Source of the DNA: Minutocellus sp. GHC0000111
Taxonomy: Eukaryota
Length of the DNA: 64,000 bases
Direction: 5' to 3'
Assembly: GCA_977018835.1 (NCBI GenBank)
Contig: OZ361258.1
Span: 1,736,001-1,800,000, forward strand
A model generated the notes under the pieces. That model did no database searches and was not told the DNA's origin. It saw only the letters and a program-made list of their open reading frames with translations. Of the stretch, positions 1-11,659 are shown in pieces. Position numbers and translations under genes: made by a program. The first letter of the stretch is position 1. Each line of letters starts with the position of its first letter.

Positions 1-2551
1 TCAAAAAGTCGCAAAAGACCACATCAAACTTTGACGATTGCAAGGCCTGGAGACCCTGCATGCCATCGGAGGCGCAGGCAGCTTGGAAACCAAGGTTGGC
101 CAACGCCCTTCCGATGGACTTGCGAATGACCACAGAGTCGTCAACTGCCAAAGCTCGTTTGGTGTCGGAGCCGGAATCAGGACCCGACCCTTTGATCGGG
201 ACGAGGCTCTCTTCTCCTGCAGCCACCGCAGCGTCGTTGCCATCCTCCATCGCCTTGGAGACTGCCTCGTAAACCTCCTTGGCATCGCACTTGTCTGAAT
301 CTTGGACCGAGATCATCTTGCGCTTCTCGCTGCTTGACGAAGGCGAGTCCGATGCCTTGGGACTGGACGAGGCACTAGTCTCGGTGGTGCTTGGCGCCTC
401 CTCGGGCGAGCAGCTGATCGACAGGGGAACGGCGAACCAAAACATGGACCCAGTCGGCTGGTCCTTGGCGGCAGAGTCCCAGCTCTCCTCCTTCCTCGGT
501 CGGCAACCGCACCGGCCTCCGAGACTCGACACATTGATGGCGACGGAGCACAGGCCAAGACCGGGCTGGTCGTGGGTGGGCAGAGAGGCGCTGTTCAGGT
601 CCGTGGAGAAGGGTGAGCACAGCTTCTGCCTCTGCTCGCTGTCGACGCCGGTGCCGGTGTCCCTGCACTCGAACATGAGCATGGACTTGCTTTGGCCCAA
701 CTTCTTCACGTAGATGCGCATCCGAATGTAGGAATCGGATGATGACAACGATGATGATGAGGCGGCGGGAGTGTGCCTCGCGGCACTCATGAGAAGGTGC
801 AGGGCCGACCGGAACAGCTTGAGCTCGTCGGAGAGGAGTTCGTCGGGGACCGTCGGGTCGGGTCGGCCACGATCTCGATGGGAGGGGAGGTGCCGTCCGA
901 AGGGCAGGCTTGCGCCGCGGCCGTGCGGAGGGTGTCGACATAGTCCGACAAGACGACGGTGTGAAGTCTCGACGACGACGCACCTCCCGAGTTGAGTGTG
1001 GAGAGGGACGCCACGCTGGCGCTTCGCGACAGGCCGCCACGTCGAGCATCGCGACCGTCACCAGTGCCATCCTCCTCCTCCTCGTCGATGCTGGGCATGG
1101 GCAGCACCCCTCCCTTGGCTGCTGCCGATGACGACGAAGTGCCGCCGCCGCCACCGCCGGCGGAGGAGGACGACCGCCTGTTGTCGTTGGCAACGTCGGC
1201 CAAGTCGGTGCGGAAGTTGTCAATGGTTTCCGTGCAGATCTTGTCCATGATGGAGAGGGAGGACAGGGCCGATCGGATGTTGGCGTCGGCTTCGGTGCTG
1301 GCACTGGTGCTGGCATCGGACTCGACCATTTTGGACAGCATCTTGCGGGTCGACTCGAGGGGCGTGAGGAGATCGCGGGCCATGCACGCCATCTGTTGAG
1401 GTTGCGATTTGTGGGGTAGGTGAAGCAGGTAAGGAAGGGCATGTCGGAAACAACATGTGTGAGGCAACATGGGGCACATTAATGCATGCATGCATGTACA
1501 TATGTTGATAAGAGGTGCAATGAATGAAACGCACAACACACAACATGCAGTGCAACACACATGCGCATGCGATGGCATGTCACGACCACGACATCACTAT
1601 GACCGGACGTACCACCTTGGACCGGTCGGCCGCCAGGGCCATCCGCTCCTTCCGTCGGTTGACCATGGCCTCCATGACGAGGGCGGCCAGTTCCTTGAGA
1701 TTTTGCTTCTCCATCAGCGTCAGGCCGGCGGGTCGGGTCTTGGTGTCGATGATGCACAGCGTCCCGAGCTTGTACCCCTCGGGACAGATGAGGGGGGCAC
1801 CGGCGTAGAAGCGGATGTGGGGCGCGCCGGTGACGAGGCCGTTGTTGCGGAAGCGCGGATCCTCCAGGGTGTTGGGGACGATGAGGAGGTCCTCGGTGGA
1901 CTGGATGGCGTGGGCGCAGAAGGCCACCTTGCGGGGGGTTTCGCGGACGTCGCCCAGGCCGCGGTTGGACAGGAACCACTGCCGCCCAATGTCGATGAGC
2001 GATACGAGGACGATGGGCACGTCGAAGAAGCGCTGGGCCAGGCCCGTCAGGCGCTCGAACGCTGGTTCGCGGTTGGAATCGAGGATGAGGTAGGACTTGA
2101 GGACCATGAGCCGGTCGGTCTCGTCGGCCACCGACTGCCGGAGGCTGGTTTCCATGAACATGTTCTCGGTGATCCAATCGGCCTCCTTGGCGTTCGGGAG
2201 ATCTTTTCCGTCGCCGCCGTCCGAACTCGTGTCGTCGTCGTCGGACGAGGAGTCGGAAAGCTCGGAATCGTACAACGGGCAGGAGTGGGTGCTGCACTGC
2301 GAGGCCCTCATGGACAGCTTGCGGAGGGCGGCGCTGATCGACTTGCGATCCTCAAAGTCGTTGATCGTCCTGGCCCTTTCCGGTGGAGGTGGGGTGGTGG
2401 TGCTGGTGCCTGCTTCTGATGATGATGCGGCAGCGGCGGCGATGTCGGCGGCGGAGCGGTTCCCCGTCGTGCCCATGTCTTCCTCTCCGTCTTCCTTTTG
2501 GGGCGAAGGCATTGTGTTTAGAAATGGTGGGGGAAGATATTGATTCATCAA
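1..2551 (-). CDS. GAF-HisKA-HATPase-receiver hybrid histidine kinase-like protein (degenerate H/N boxes; one frameshift; 3' end runs off window)
   Basis: Exon 1 (2551-1613) has a GAF domain (RLMVLKSYLILDS...FCAHAI...RFYAGAPL...LGTLCIID). GT-AG intron 1612-1393. Exon 2 reads MACMARDLLTPL (H-box position), then after a 5-bp duplication at 852-866 reads ELKLFRSALHLLMSA, ECRDTGTG, GLGL, GSMFWFAVP and the receiver KRALAVDDSVVIRK...DGMQGL...FDVVFCDF. Confidence 0.85.
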
Positions 2552-3270
2552 TGTCTCTAAAAAAGTGAGGTCTCGTGCGACGATGGCGGGACGTAACTTT
2601 TGACAGCTAAGCGCAAAGTCAGAGAAAGTTCAAGGCCTCCCTTTCTTCAAGTGTAAGCTGCAACGTGTCAAATCAAATCAATAATGGAGATGACGGAAAG
2701 CCAACGTTATATTTCTGAATTTGAAGGGTCGTCCTCGTACATCCAATGCCGAAGGTTCAATACAAAATATGGTAGGATCAGAAACCATGCTCTCAAGACG
2801 GGAGAGATTTCTGGCTGTGCGCCTTATGATGACGACTGACAGCTGTAACGCTTGTTTCAATAACGATCAACCTTGAGTTTGACGGAAAGTGGATGGTGGA
2901 TGATTTCTGAGATAAAAAGAGGCCACCACCATCAATACGGAAAGTCAATCAGAAATGATGGTCTGAAATAGTGGTAAATTTCTGAAGTTTGGACCAAAAC
3001 TAAGGCCCTTTGTTCAAGTTTTCTGACCAACCTCCGTACTGCTCCTGCTTGAGAGACGACTTGCCTCTCAGAAATTGCTTCGAACTGATGATGTTGAGGG
3101 GGCAGGCGTACCAGAAAGTCGGGCTTTCGTAGTGTTTGTGCGATGCCGATTCTCGGCCTGCCTGGCCTCTTGTCGGCTCTGTCTACGTCTCGAACAGTCC
3201 AGCTTCCCGTCGAGCTCACTTCTCCAACCAGCCTACTCGAGGAACAACCCAACCAACCAATCTAACCACG

Positions 3271-4059
3271 ATGACTGCCCTCACCTGCATCGACCAACAG
3301 CACCAGCCCCAGCATCAGCGAAGGCGGAGCAGCCACGAGAGCATCCTCAGCGGCCTGTTCTCCGAGGCCGCCTCCGTCGCGTCCGGGCGCTTCCTCGTCG
3401 GCACCGCCGCCGGAGAAAGCAGTCTCAGCAACCTCCTCGATTTGTGTGCACGACAGGAAGACGAGCAGGCCGAGGAACACTTTGTCGTCAACACCGTCAA
3501 GAACAAGAACAATAACAGCTCCACGTCCGTCAAGGATGACGAGGACGACGAATTGAGCCTCGACCTCGGCACCGACGAGGGTACGAGCGACACAGGCGTC
3601 GACGTCAGTTGCAGCAAGGAACGTCTCGGCCTAAATCTCCCGGTAGCAGAAGTAGGAGAGAATGGACCTTCTGCTCCCCCCAGCTCCTCTTCTATCGAGA
3701 AGGACAACACAATCAACGCAGACGACAGCAGCAGCAGCAGCAGCAACAATACCGAACAGTCTCCCATCGCCGACGCAGTAGTAGGCGCCACTTCATCGCC
3801 AATGTCGTCCGATTCCAACTTCGCCGACGACGACAACAGTGAAGAATTCATGTCCATCGACCACGAGGGCACGGCACCTCTCAGCCGCCCACCTTCTTCC
3901 GCCGATGCAAAGTCCGACGAACAGCAAGCCTTTGATCAGCATCGTCGAAGAAATCAACGGAACGAGCACTACGTTGCCTGCGCCGATGACTTCCTCTTTG
4001 ATGATGACGACGACGATTCACTCAGCGACATCGACAGCGACGACGACGAGGAAATATGA
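3271..4059 (+). CDS. Hypothetical acidic low-complexity protein with an N-terminal RRRSSHESILSxLFSEAAS motif
   Basis: Open ORF from the ATG at 3271 with gene-like codon usage. The N-terminal motif is shared with the locus at 56737. Confidence 0.65.
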   Translation: MTALTCIDQQHQPQHQRRRSSHESILSGLFSEAASVASGRFLVGTAAGESSLSNLLDLCARQEDEQAEEHFVVNTVKNKNNNSSTSVKDDEDDELSLDLGTDEGTSDTGVDVSCSKERLGLNLPVAEVGENGPSAPPSSSSIEKDNTINADDSSSSSSNNTEQSPIADAVVGATSSPMSSDSNFADDDNSEEFMSIDHEGTAPLSRPPSSADAKSDEQQAFDQHRRRNQRNEHYVACADDFLFDDDDDDSLSDIDSDDDEEI

Positions 4060-4393
4060 TCGACTTCTTGCTACGTACTGGTAGTGCTGCACATGCACAG
4101 CCAATTTTGTTTGTACATAGGGTTCCATAACAAGTAAATATTGCAAATGTTCCAATCATATTTTAGACTACCGTAGCTGCTGTGCTTTTGGTTTAGATGA
4201 ACGAGTCGAGTCAGAAATGTCTGCCCTAAGCAACAGTATATAGTAGTTGCGCACTTCGCTTTGGGATATATAGTATTAATCGCCCAACTTCCACGCATAT
4301 GTTCAAGCGCAAAAGGACAATAGACTTCCACATTGAAGTGCCGTTTGCTTCGTCTGTCCAAATTTTGTTCTATTCAACATGCTTACTTTTAAA

Positions 4394-5680
4394 CTATTCC
4401 TGGGCTCCCTGTTCTCGTCGCTGAAGCTCTGGTATGCTCTCCTTGAACATGCCCATGAACTTTTCCTGGACGTCGGCAAGCTGCTCGTATCTCCACCCCA
4501 CACCCTCCGCTTGAATGGCACATTGAAACATGTTGGTGACCTCATCCTGCTGGTCCGATGAGGAGGCATTCCCACTACCATTATCTCCGCCATTACCACC
4601 GCCACTGCTACTACTGCTGCTGCTACTCACAAACACGTAGCCATTGGCCCGGTCCACCTGCGCCACGACCCGTCCCACGCTGGCGGCATCGGTAATGTCC
4701 AGCGGCACGTAGTGCAACAGGCCGTAGTCGTCCACCACCTCCGACAGCAGCTCGTGCATCCGCTTCCGCTTGCGGAAGAATCTGGACCGTCGCGTCTTGG
4801 ACCTGGCCCGGGCGTATTCCGGATCGTCGTACCACGAGGGAACGTCAAAGTCGTCGTTATCTTCGTTGCCGTTGCCGCCACCATGACCACTACTACCACC
4901 GCCGACGATGCCTCCCACCCCATCCAGGAAGGGCACCAACCTCTCCAACTCGTGACATTCGGTGAAGTAGTCCAAATTGTACGGCAGCTCGCCGTACTGG
5001 CTGATCATGTCAATCTTGGACAGGACATTGACGGCCGGCAGCTCCAGCCGGAGCATGGTGGTGGTGGAAAGCAACGCGGCACTGATGAACTTGGACGCGT
5101 CGGCGCAGTAATGGGCGTCGATGAGGTTGACCATGCACAACCTCAGGTCGAGGTCCTTGGTCAGGCGGGCCAGTATGTTCTGGACGCAGGTGCAGTGCGT
5201 GTACAGCTCGACCTGGCCGGGGAGATCTATGAGAAGGTACGTGGTGGGCTGGACGCGGGATTTGATCAGCTGGACCACGTGGTCGAGATGATGCTCGATG
5301 TACTCCATGCAGTACATCAGACCGCCGTTGGGTCCGAGGCCCAGTTCGTCCATTACCGAGGAGAGGTTGACCACCTCGCATACGTCGAGGAGGGTGTCGT
5401 ACGGAAGGGCCACCTCTTGCTCCTGGTCGTTGCCGTCGTCATCGTTGGCATCGTTGCCATCACCACTGGCTCTGGTGCTTCCTTCGTTGGAGACTTTCTC
5501 CTCCTCGCCACTACCGGTACCAGGTCCAGGAGAGCCCGCCGTGCTCTCATTGGCCGGGTCCAAATTCACCACCAGGGTGTCGTCCCGTCCCACGAGTCGC
5601 AGGTACTGCTGCATCCCGTTGCAGTACGTGGTCTTTCCGGATCCCGGTGGGCCGACGACGATTTGGCCGTAGATGGGCAT
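4394..5680 (-). CDS. GPN2: GPN-loop GTPase 2
   Basis: YGQIVVGPPGSGKTTYC, NLDPAN, LGPNGGLMYCMEY, DLPGQVELYTH, NVLSKID; intact intronless ORF. Confidence 0.93.
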   Translation of the reverse strand: MPIYGQIVVGPPGSGKTTYCNGMQQYLRLVGRDDTLVVNLDPANESTAGSPGPGTGSGEEEKVSNEGSTRASGDGNDANDDDGNDQEQEVALPYDTLLDVCEVVNLSSVMDELGLGPNGGLMYCMEYIEHHLDHVVQLIKSRVQPTTYLLIDLPGQVELYTHCTCVQNILARLTKDLDLRLCMVNLIDAHYCADASKFISAALLSTTTMLRLELPAVNVLSKIDMISQYGELPYNLDYFTECHELERLVPFLDGVGGIVGGGSSGHGGGNGNEDNDDFDVPSWYDDPEYARARSKTRRSRFFRKRKRMHELLSEVVDDYGLLHYVPLDITDAASVGRVVAQVDRANGYVFVSSSSSSSSGGGNGGDNGSGNASSSDQQDEVTNMFQCAIQAEGVGWRYEQLADVQEKFMGMFKESIPELQRREQGAQE

Positions 5681-5915
5681 TGCTCAGATGATATAATTGC
5701 CACAACGATTCCTCGCAGGGCAAATTCCTCCCGCCTCCTAGCTAGTACGCCTCGGTCAGGCACCGCTCGGGTCGCAAGCAAGGCGATCGCGAATGGCAGT
5801 GTGTTGCAGCCAAAATCTAAAAAACGGCGCTCTGTCCGTCGCCAAGCCCGCTCTGCCTGCCGCTCGATCTGGAGGAAGAGCACATCATGTGCCGTATCTG
5901 CCGAGGACGATCGCA

Positions 5916-7177
5916 ATGAACCTCTCCCGCCTCACCCTGTGCCTTGCCCTGGCCTCCTCGACGGCCGGTGCTGCCAGCTTCGCCGTCAAGCCCAGCACCT
6001 CCAGCGTTGCCAGCCGCATCGGCAGCAGCCAAGACGTCGCCGCCTTCCGCCGAGGCGGTGCCAGGGCCGCCGCCGCCGCCGCCGCCCAGGCCGATGACGA
6101 CGACAAGACCTCCCTCTCCGCCTCGACCTTCAACCTCATCAAGGCCTGCGTCGGCAGCGGCGTCCTGGCCCTGCCGGCCGGAGTTGCCGCCTTTGCCGAT
6201 TCCAAGCAAGCCCTCCTCCCAGCATCAGTTATACTTGTGAGCCTCGGTGCCCTGTCGGCCTACTCCTTTGCCTCGGCCGGCTCAATGCCGCCGGCAAGAC
6301 CGTGTCGACCAGTCTAGGCAATCTGTGGGAGAACGAGATCGGAGAGAGCTCGTCGTGGTTGGTGACCCTGTCGTGTCTGCTCACACCCCTCGGTGCTGCT
6401 CTGGCCTTTAGCATCATGCTGGGTGACATGCTCAGCAGTTTGGCCACAACTGTTGGCATCAAGGTGATTTCTACTTACACATGGATACATGATGCAGATT
6501 TCTCATCTGACATATCAAGTATCAAGCAGCATGCCCCATTAGCCCCAAAGTCTAATCTTCCATCAACTGTAAATGAATGGCATTTATTTATTTGTGCATG
6601 CAGGGATTCATGGCCACGAGACAAGCTGCCATTCTGTCCATCACCAGCCTCGTCCTTTGGCCTCTGTGCAACCTCAAGAGCCTTGCCGCCCTGGCGCCCG
6701 TTTCAATGGTGGCAGTGGCCGGCATCGCCGCCACGTGTGTGTTCATGTACCAGCGCATGGCCAGCGTGCGTTACCGTGATTAGCCTGGTTGGTTCTTACC
6801 CCATATTCTTCAAGGGCGTCAAGAACAATTATCTCGAACTGACGGCCAAGGGCAAGGAAATCACCGAAAAGATGGAGAAGAATACGTCGCGTGGCATCAT
6901 CCTGCTCCTCACCGGTCTGGCCCTCGTTTTGAAGAATGCTGGATTCGTCGTCGGGTTCACGGGTGCGATCATGGGTTCGGCAATCATTTACATCTTCCCT
7001 CCGATGCTGCACCTTGCCTCAACTGCTCGTCGCATAGAAGCTGGCGTCCTGGAAAAGACGAGGGGTGTAAAGATCGAGCGGTTGATCAGCCGAGCCATCA
7101 TTGCCATTGGCGCTATCCTCGGTGTTCTTTGTGGAATCGTTGCCGTTCTGGACAGCTTCTTCCCGGGCGTCTTGTAA
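5916..7177 (+). pseudogene. Amino-acid transporter (Aa_trans/AAAP family) with probable bipartite plastid-targeting signal; frameshifted and internally deleted
   Basis: Signal ...AGAAS-FAV, STFNLIKACVGSGVLALPAG, LWPLCNLKSLAALAPVS, VGSYPIFF, GAIMGSAIIYIFP. Frameshift at about 6273, intron about 6463-6603, and central TM segments appear to be missing at about 6768. Confidence 0.75.
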
Positions 7178-7332
7178 GGAGTAGATTCCTTGAAGGGACC
7201 ATCAAGCGTGGGTGCTCTTTCTTTGCTACATCAACAGTAAGGAGGAATACTGCATAAATTCTCTTTTTAAGCTAATAAAAATTGTCTACGAGTTCGCATC
7301 TATTAATTGAAGTGAAGCATAAAGCATTCGAA

Positions 7333-10300
7333 TTACTTGCCACCCTTCTTGAGCTTCTCCTGGAGTCGCTTGAGCTTCTCGGCTCTCTCGGCCGCGGTAA
7401 TATCAAGCTTCTCCTGGCGCTCGGCAGCATCCTTGTTGGCCCGCTCCTCCAGCTCGGTCAAGAGCGAATCCTTGTAATCGTCGAATCCTTCCACCCACTC
7501 GGTGCACCCTTGCTTCTCGACGACCCAAAGACCACAGTCGCAATTCTCGATGAGGCGTTGGTCATGCGTGACGACGACAATGCCGCCGTTGAATTCGTTC
7601 ATGGCGTCGATGAGAGCATCGATGGTCTCGATATCGAGGTTATTGGTAGGCTCATCGAGAAGCAGAACATGGTGGCGCTGGAGACTGAGATCTACAAAGA
7701 CAACACGAGCCTTTTGTCCACCACTGAGATCGCGCATGGTGACCTCGTGGGCGTGTCCTTCCAGGCCGTACTTGCCAAGACGGTTGCGGATGGATTGATA
7801 ATCCTGGTCCTGGTAGCGATCGCGAAGATGTTCCACAGGCGTCTTGTTCATCGGCAGCCGATCAACAAAGTGCTGATTGTAGATACCCATTCGAAGTCGA
7901 GGATTTCTGCGGACCTCGCCCTTGGTCGGCTCCACTTCTCCGGTCAGGAGCTTCAGAAGTGTACTCTTACCGGCACCATTGGGGCCGATGACGCAGATGC
8001 GGCTGTCCATATCAATACCGAAGTCGATGCGATCAAAGATGATGGGGTGCTTCTCAGAGTACCGGAAGTGGACGCGATTGACCTCCAAAACTGGGCGAGA
8101 CAGCTCGGCAACCTCGGCGAACTCCAACTTAACGGTGTACTCCTTGGGCCGTTTGATGAGCTCTTCTTGCTTGGCAGTGTCGGTACCGGCGGCGACGGCT
8201 TGGTTCTGCTTCTTCTTGGCGGCCCTGGCACCGGGCTCGCGCTTATTCTTCTTGACTTGCTCCGTAGCCTTGGCCTTGGACTGTCCCGATCGCTTCAACT
8301 CGCGAAGACGCTTCTCTTGCTTCTCCCATGCCTTTTGTTGCTGCTTGATCTTGGTCTTCTCAGCCTTCTTGAAACTGTCGTAGTTGCCCTTGTACGAAGC
8401 AAGCTTGCAATCTTCAATGTGAAGGATTTCCTGACACACCGAGTTGAGGAAATCTTGGTCATGCGATACGACAAGGAGCGTCTTCTTCCACTTTTCAAGG
8501 TAGGCATCCAGCCAGATCACAGCGTTCAGATCGAGATGGTTGGTCGGTTCGTCAAGCATCAAAAGAGTCGGCTCAATGAAGAGCGCCCGGGCCAGCGAGA
8601 TGCGCATTCTCCATCCACCGGAGAACTTCTTGGTGGGCTGAACCTGCATCTTTTCGTCGAAACCAAGACCATACAAAATCTTTCTCGCCTTGGCCTCGGC
8701 GGATGCGGCTCCAATCGCCTCGAGCTCATCGTACACGGCCTGCAAACGAGCGACCTTCTTGGGATTCTCATCGCCGGAATCAATGGCTTCCGTCAAGACC
8801 TTCTCCTCTTCGAGAAGATTCCATCGAACCTTGTCTGCCTTGAGGACGGCATCAACGGCGGGAGTATTGTCCGCGACAACCTCCTGCTCAACGTAGAGGA
8901 AATCGACGCGAGGGGGGAGAATGAGATCCTTGGAGGCAATCATTTTCAACAACGTGGATTTGCCTTTGCCGTTAGGGCCAACGAGACCATACCGACGTCC
9001 GTGAGCAATGTTGAATGCGGCGTCCTGAAACAGAACCTTTCCGGCGGCACTAATGTTGAAGGACGGGATGTTGATATCGAGAGAGTTCATCCACTGAGGA
9101 TCGTTCTCATTGACAGCCGTCTGAGAGCAGGCAAACTGGGCGCCCTCCGCTGACTGCTTGGAGGCGACCTTTTCATACTCGGCCATACGCTCTTGGGCGG
9201 CACGCTCCTTGAGAATGCGCTTGCGCTCCTTGAGAATGCGCTTGAGCTTTTTGCCATCCTTGCCGTAAATGAGCTGTGGGGGTAAAAGAGGGCGGAATGA
9301 AAATGCGATGCATGAGAAAAATGGATCAGGGATGCACATAATTGCATTTTCACAGGAAAAAATTGACAAGGCACAAAGAACTCACACTCATATCGGGACC
9401 CTCCTTGGCCTTCTCCTCGGCCTCCTTGTGGGCGTGACTCTTGTCGGTCCAGGCGTGATCATCGGGCGCACCGTACATGAGATCATCGTCGTCGTCCTCG
9501 CCGCCATCCCCTCCCTCCTTCTTGTCCTCACCGGCCTCCATAGCGGCCATCTTGGCGGCACGCTTGGCCTCTTTCTCGGCCTTGCGTCGTTTCTTCTCTT
9601 CCTTCTCGGCCTTTCGGCGAGCCTGCACGGTATTCATTGGATAGAACGAACAAATAAAAAAATAAAGTGAGACGGTAATACTTACAAGACATCAATGCAG
9701 TGGGAAGCAAACCATTGCCATGCATATCACCGGATAAAGACAAACATGATACAGCACGTCATGTAATACTCACTTTCTCGGCCTTTTTCTTGGCCTTTTC
9801 ATCCATCTCAGCATCATCGCCACCATCACCGCCGCTACCGTCGGCGGCGGCATCATCGTCATCACCCTCGGCATCCTTGAGCTTGGAGGCCTCCTCCATC
9901 TTCTTCTCGAGTTTGCTCTTCTTCTTATCCTTTTTCTTGTCCTTCTTCTTCTTCTTCTTCCCGCCGTCGTCGCTGCTGTCATCGTCCAGGGCCAGGGCAG
10001 CCATCTGATTGAACATACCACCCTTGTTGGACTCGGACTCGTCGTCGTCATCTTCGTCGGCTGCCTCTTCTTCCTCCGCTTCCGACTCAGAGTCATCAAA
10101 CATGGCAGCCTTCGCAGCAGCCTCCTTGGCCTCTCTCTCCTTTTGCTTCTTGAGCTGCTTCTTCGTGAGCTTCTTGACCGGTTGGGCAACTTCCTCCTCC
10201 TCCGACTCTTCGTCGGCCGAGGGCTCCGGCTCGGGTTCCGGCTCGGGTTCGTCCTCCTCCTCTTCGGACTCCGAGTCATCCAGCATAGCAGCAGCCTTGG

Positions 10301-10703
10301 CGGCAGCAGCCTCCTTCTCCTTCTGCCTCTTGAGCTGCTGCTTCGTGAGCTTCTTGGCGGGCTGGGGTGCCTCGTCCTCGTCGTCGTCGGAATCACTGCC
10401 GTAGTCATTCTTCATCTTGCCGGGCAGCAGACCGGCGAGGGCCAGAGCGGCATCGTCGTCCTCGTCGTCGGAATCGAAGGCGTTGCGCTTTCACCCCTTT
10501 CCTCCTCCACCTCCGCCGCCGCCGCCCTGCTTGGCCGCGAGCTTCTGCTGCCGCTTCTCCTTGCGGCTGAGCTTCTTGTTGCCCCCGCCGCCCTCGGCGT
10601 CGTCGTCATCCCCGCCCTTGGCGGCGGCTGGTGGAGCCGGAATTTCCTCCTCGTCGCTCCAGTCTCCCCTCCGTCCCTTCTTGCCTCCCTTCTTCTTGCC
10701 CAT
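7333..10703 (-). CDS. ABC-F family ATPase (ABCF1/ABC50-like) with long charged N-terminus, 3 exons, in-frame TGA at 10491-10493
   Basis: Two ABC cassettes (GPNGKGKST/FSGGWRMR/LDEPTNHLD and GPNGAGKST/LSGGQKAR/LDEPTNNLD) and no TMs. Introns about 9772-9623 and 9385-9274. Confidence 0.9.
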
Positions 10704-10831
10704 GTTGTTGCTGCTTGAGTATCTCGGGTGTGTGAGTTACTGGGTGCGGTACCGGCACTTGACCTTGAAGACCGTACGATTGTTGTTGGGTGGCCAATGC
10801 ACGTGCTGGAAAATGGCGGCGCGCGGGAGAA

Positions 10832-10994
10832 CGTTGTGGGTACCGCACGGTGGGGATGAGCTGGCGACGGTGGTTAGCAGCAGGCACTAAAACTGCATTC
10901 CTGTAGTGCCCAGTTTTTCTGCTGACCACCACCTTCGCCTCCTCTCGTCTCAACTGACCAAGCCACAACCATCTGCGATTGCTGCCGTTGCAAT
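10832..10994 (+). repeat. Repeat A copy 1 (163 bp); further copies at 11390-11552 and 19303-19467
   Basis: Near-identical CGTTGTGGGTACCGCACGGTGGGGATGAGC...GCTGCCGTTGCAAT occurs three times. Confidence 0.95.
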
Positions 10995-11615
10995 CCAGGT
11001 CCAAGAATTTACATCCGGAGTCTCCACACGCATGATCCAACGAGGTTCCTTCTTCAACGTGCCCCACGCACACTCGACGAGCCATCGCGAAGACCCAAGG
11101 ACCCCAAATTGCCGCCAATCCTTCGCCGGCATCAACAGCATTGGCCGAAATGCCGGCTTCGGGACTCCAATGCCCCCCTTCGCCCTGTTCACCTAAGCAC
11201 GACACACATTATTGGCCGATCTGTGCTACGGAAAGGAGGAGGGGGAGAGGGACCTCACCCTCTAAGAAGTTTCATTTACCGCCAATGCCAGCTCCAGTTC
11301 ACGTAGTTAAACTGCATTTCATGTTCTACTAAGTTGTTGCATAGAGTTGGGAGAATCAGCGGAGGGAGGTGCTGTGTTCGATGTATCATCGTTGTGGGTA
11401 CCGCACGGTGGGGATGAGCTGGCGACGGTGGTTAGCAGCAGGCACTAAAACTGCATTCCTGTAGTGCCCAGTTTTTCTGCTGACCACCACCTTCGCCTCC
11501 TCTCGTCTCAACTGACCAAGCCACAACCATCTGCGATTGCTGCCGTTGCAATTGCTAAGTCAGCTTACAGCACCGGCTCCCAGAGCCTGTCTCTCTCTCT
11601 CTCAGTAGTTAGTTA
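10995..11615 (+). repeat. Left long direct repeat C-A-D (about 620 bp)
   Basis: Matches 18906-19532 from CCAGGTCCAAGAATTTAC to (CT)n CAGTAGTTAGTTA. Confidence 0.95.
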
Positions 11616-11659
11616 GTTTTAGCATATTAGGTTGGTGCTGCTCTACGAGTTCGTAATTA

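Noticed and set aside
2600..3130. Possible transposon remnant in the HK/hypothetical intergenic region
   Set aside because: No convincing terminal repeats or coding motifs.
7282..9153. 623-aa plus-strand ORF, and similar long ORFs at 4712-6097, 37814-39106 and 52261-53823
   Set aside because: Antisense shadows of GC3-rich real genes (ABCF, GPN2, multicopper oxidase, AGM1).
10491..10493. In-frame TGA as selenocysteine or an alternative genetic code
   Set aside because: It lies in a Gly-rich disordered region, TGA is used as a normal stop elsewhere in the window, and no SECIS evidence was seen.
10832..11615. Repeat-spacer-repeat pattern resembling a CRISPR array or classical LTR retrotransposon
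   Set aside because: Repeats are 163 bp, the 'spacer' is a copy of the YR 3' end, there are no TG..CA ends or integrase, and the host is eukaryotic.
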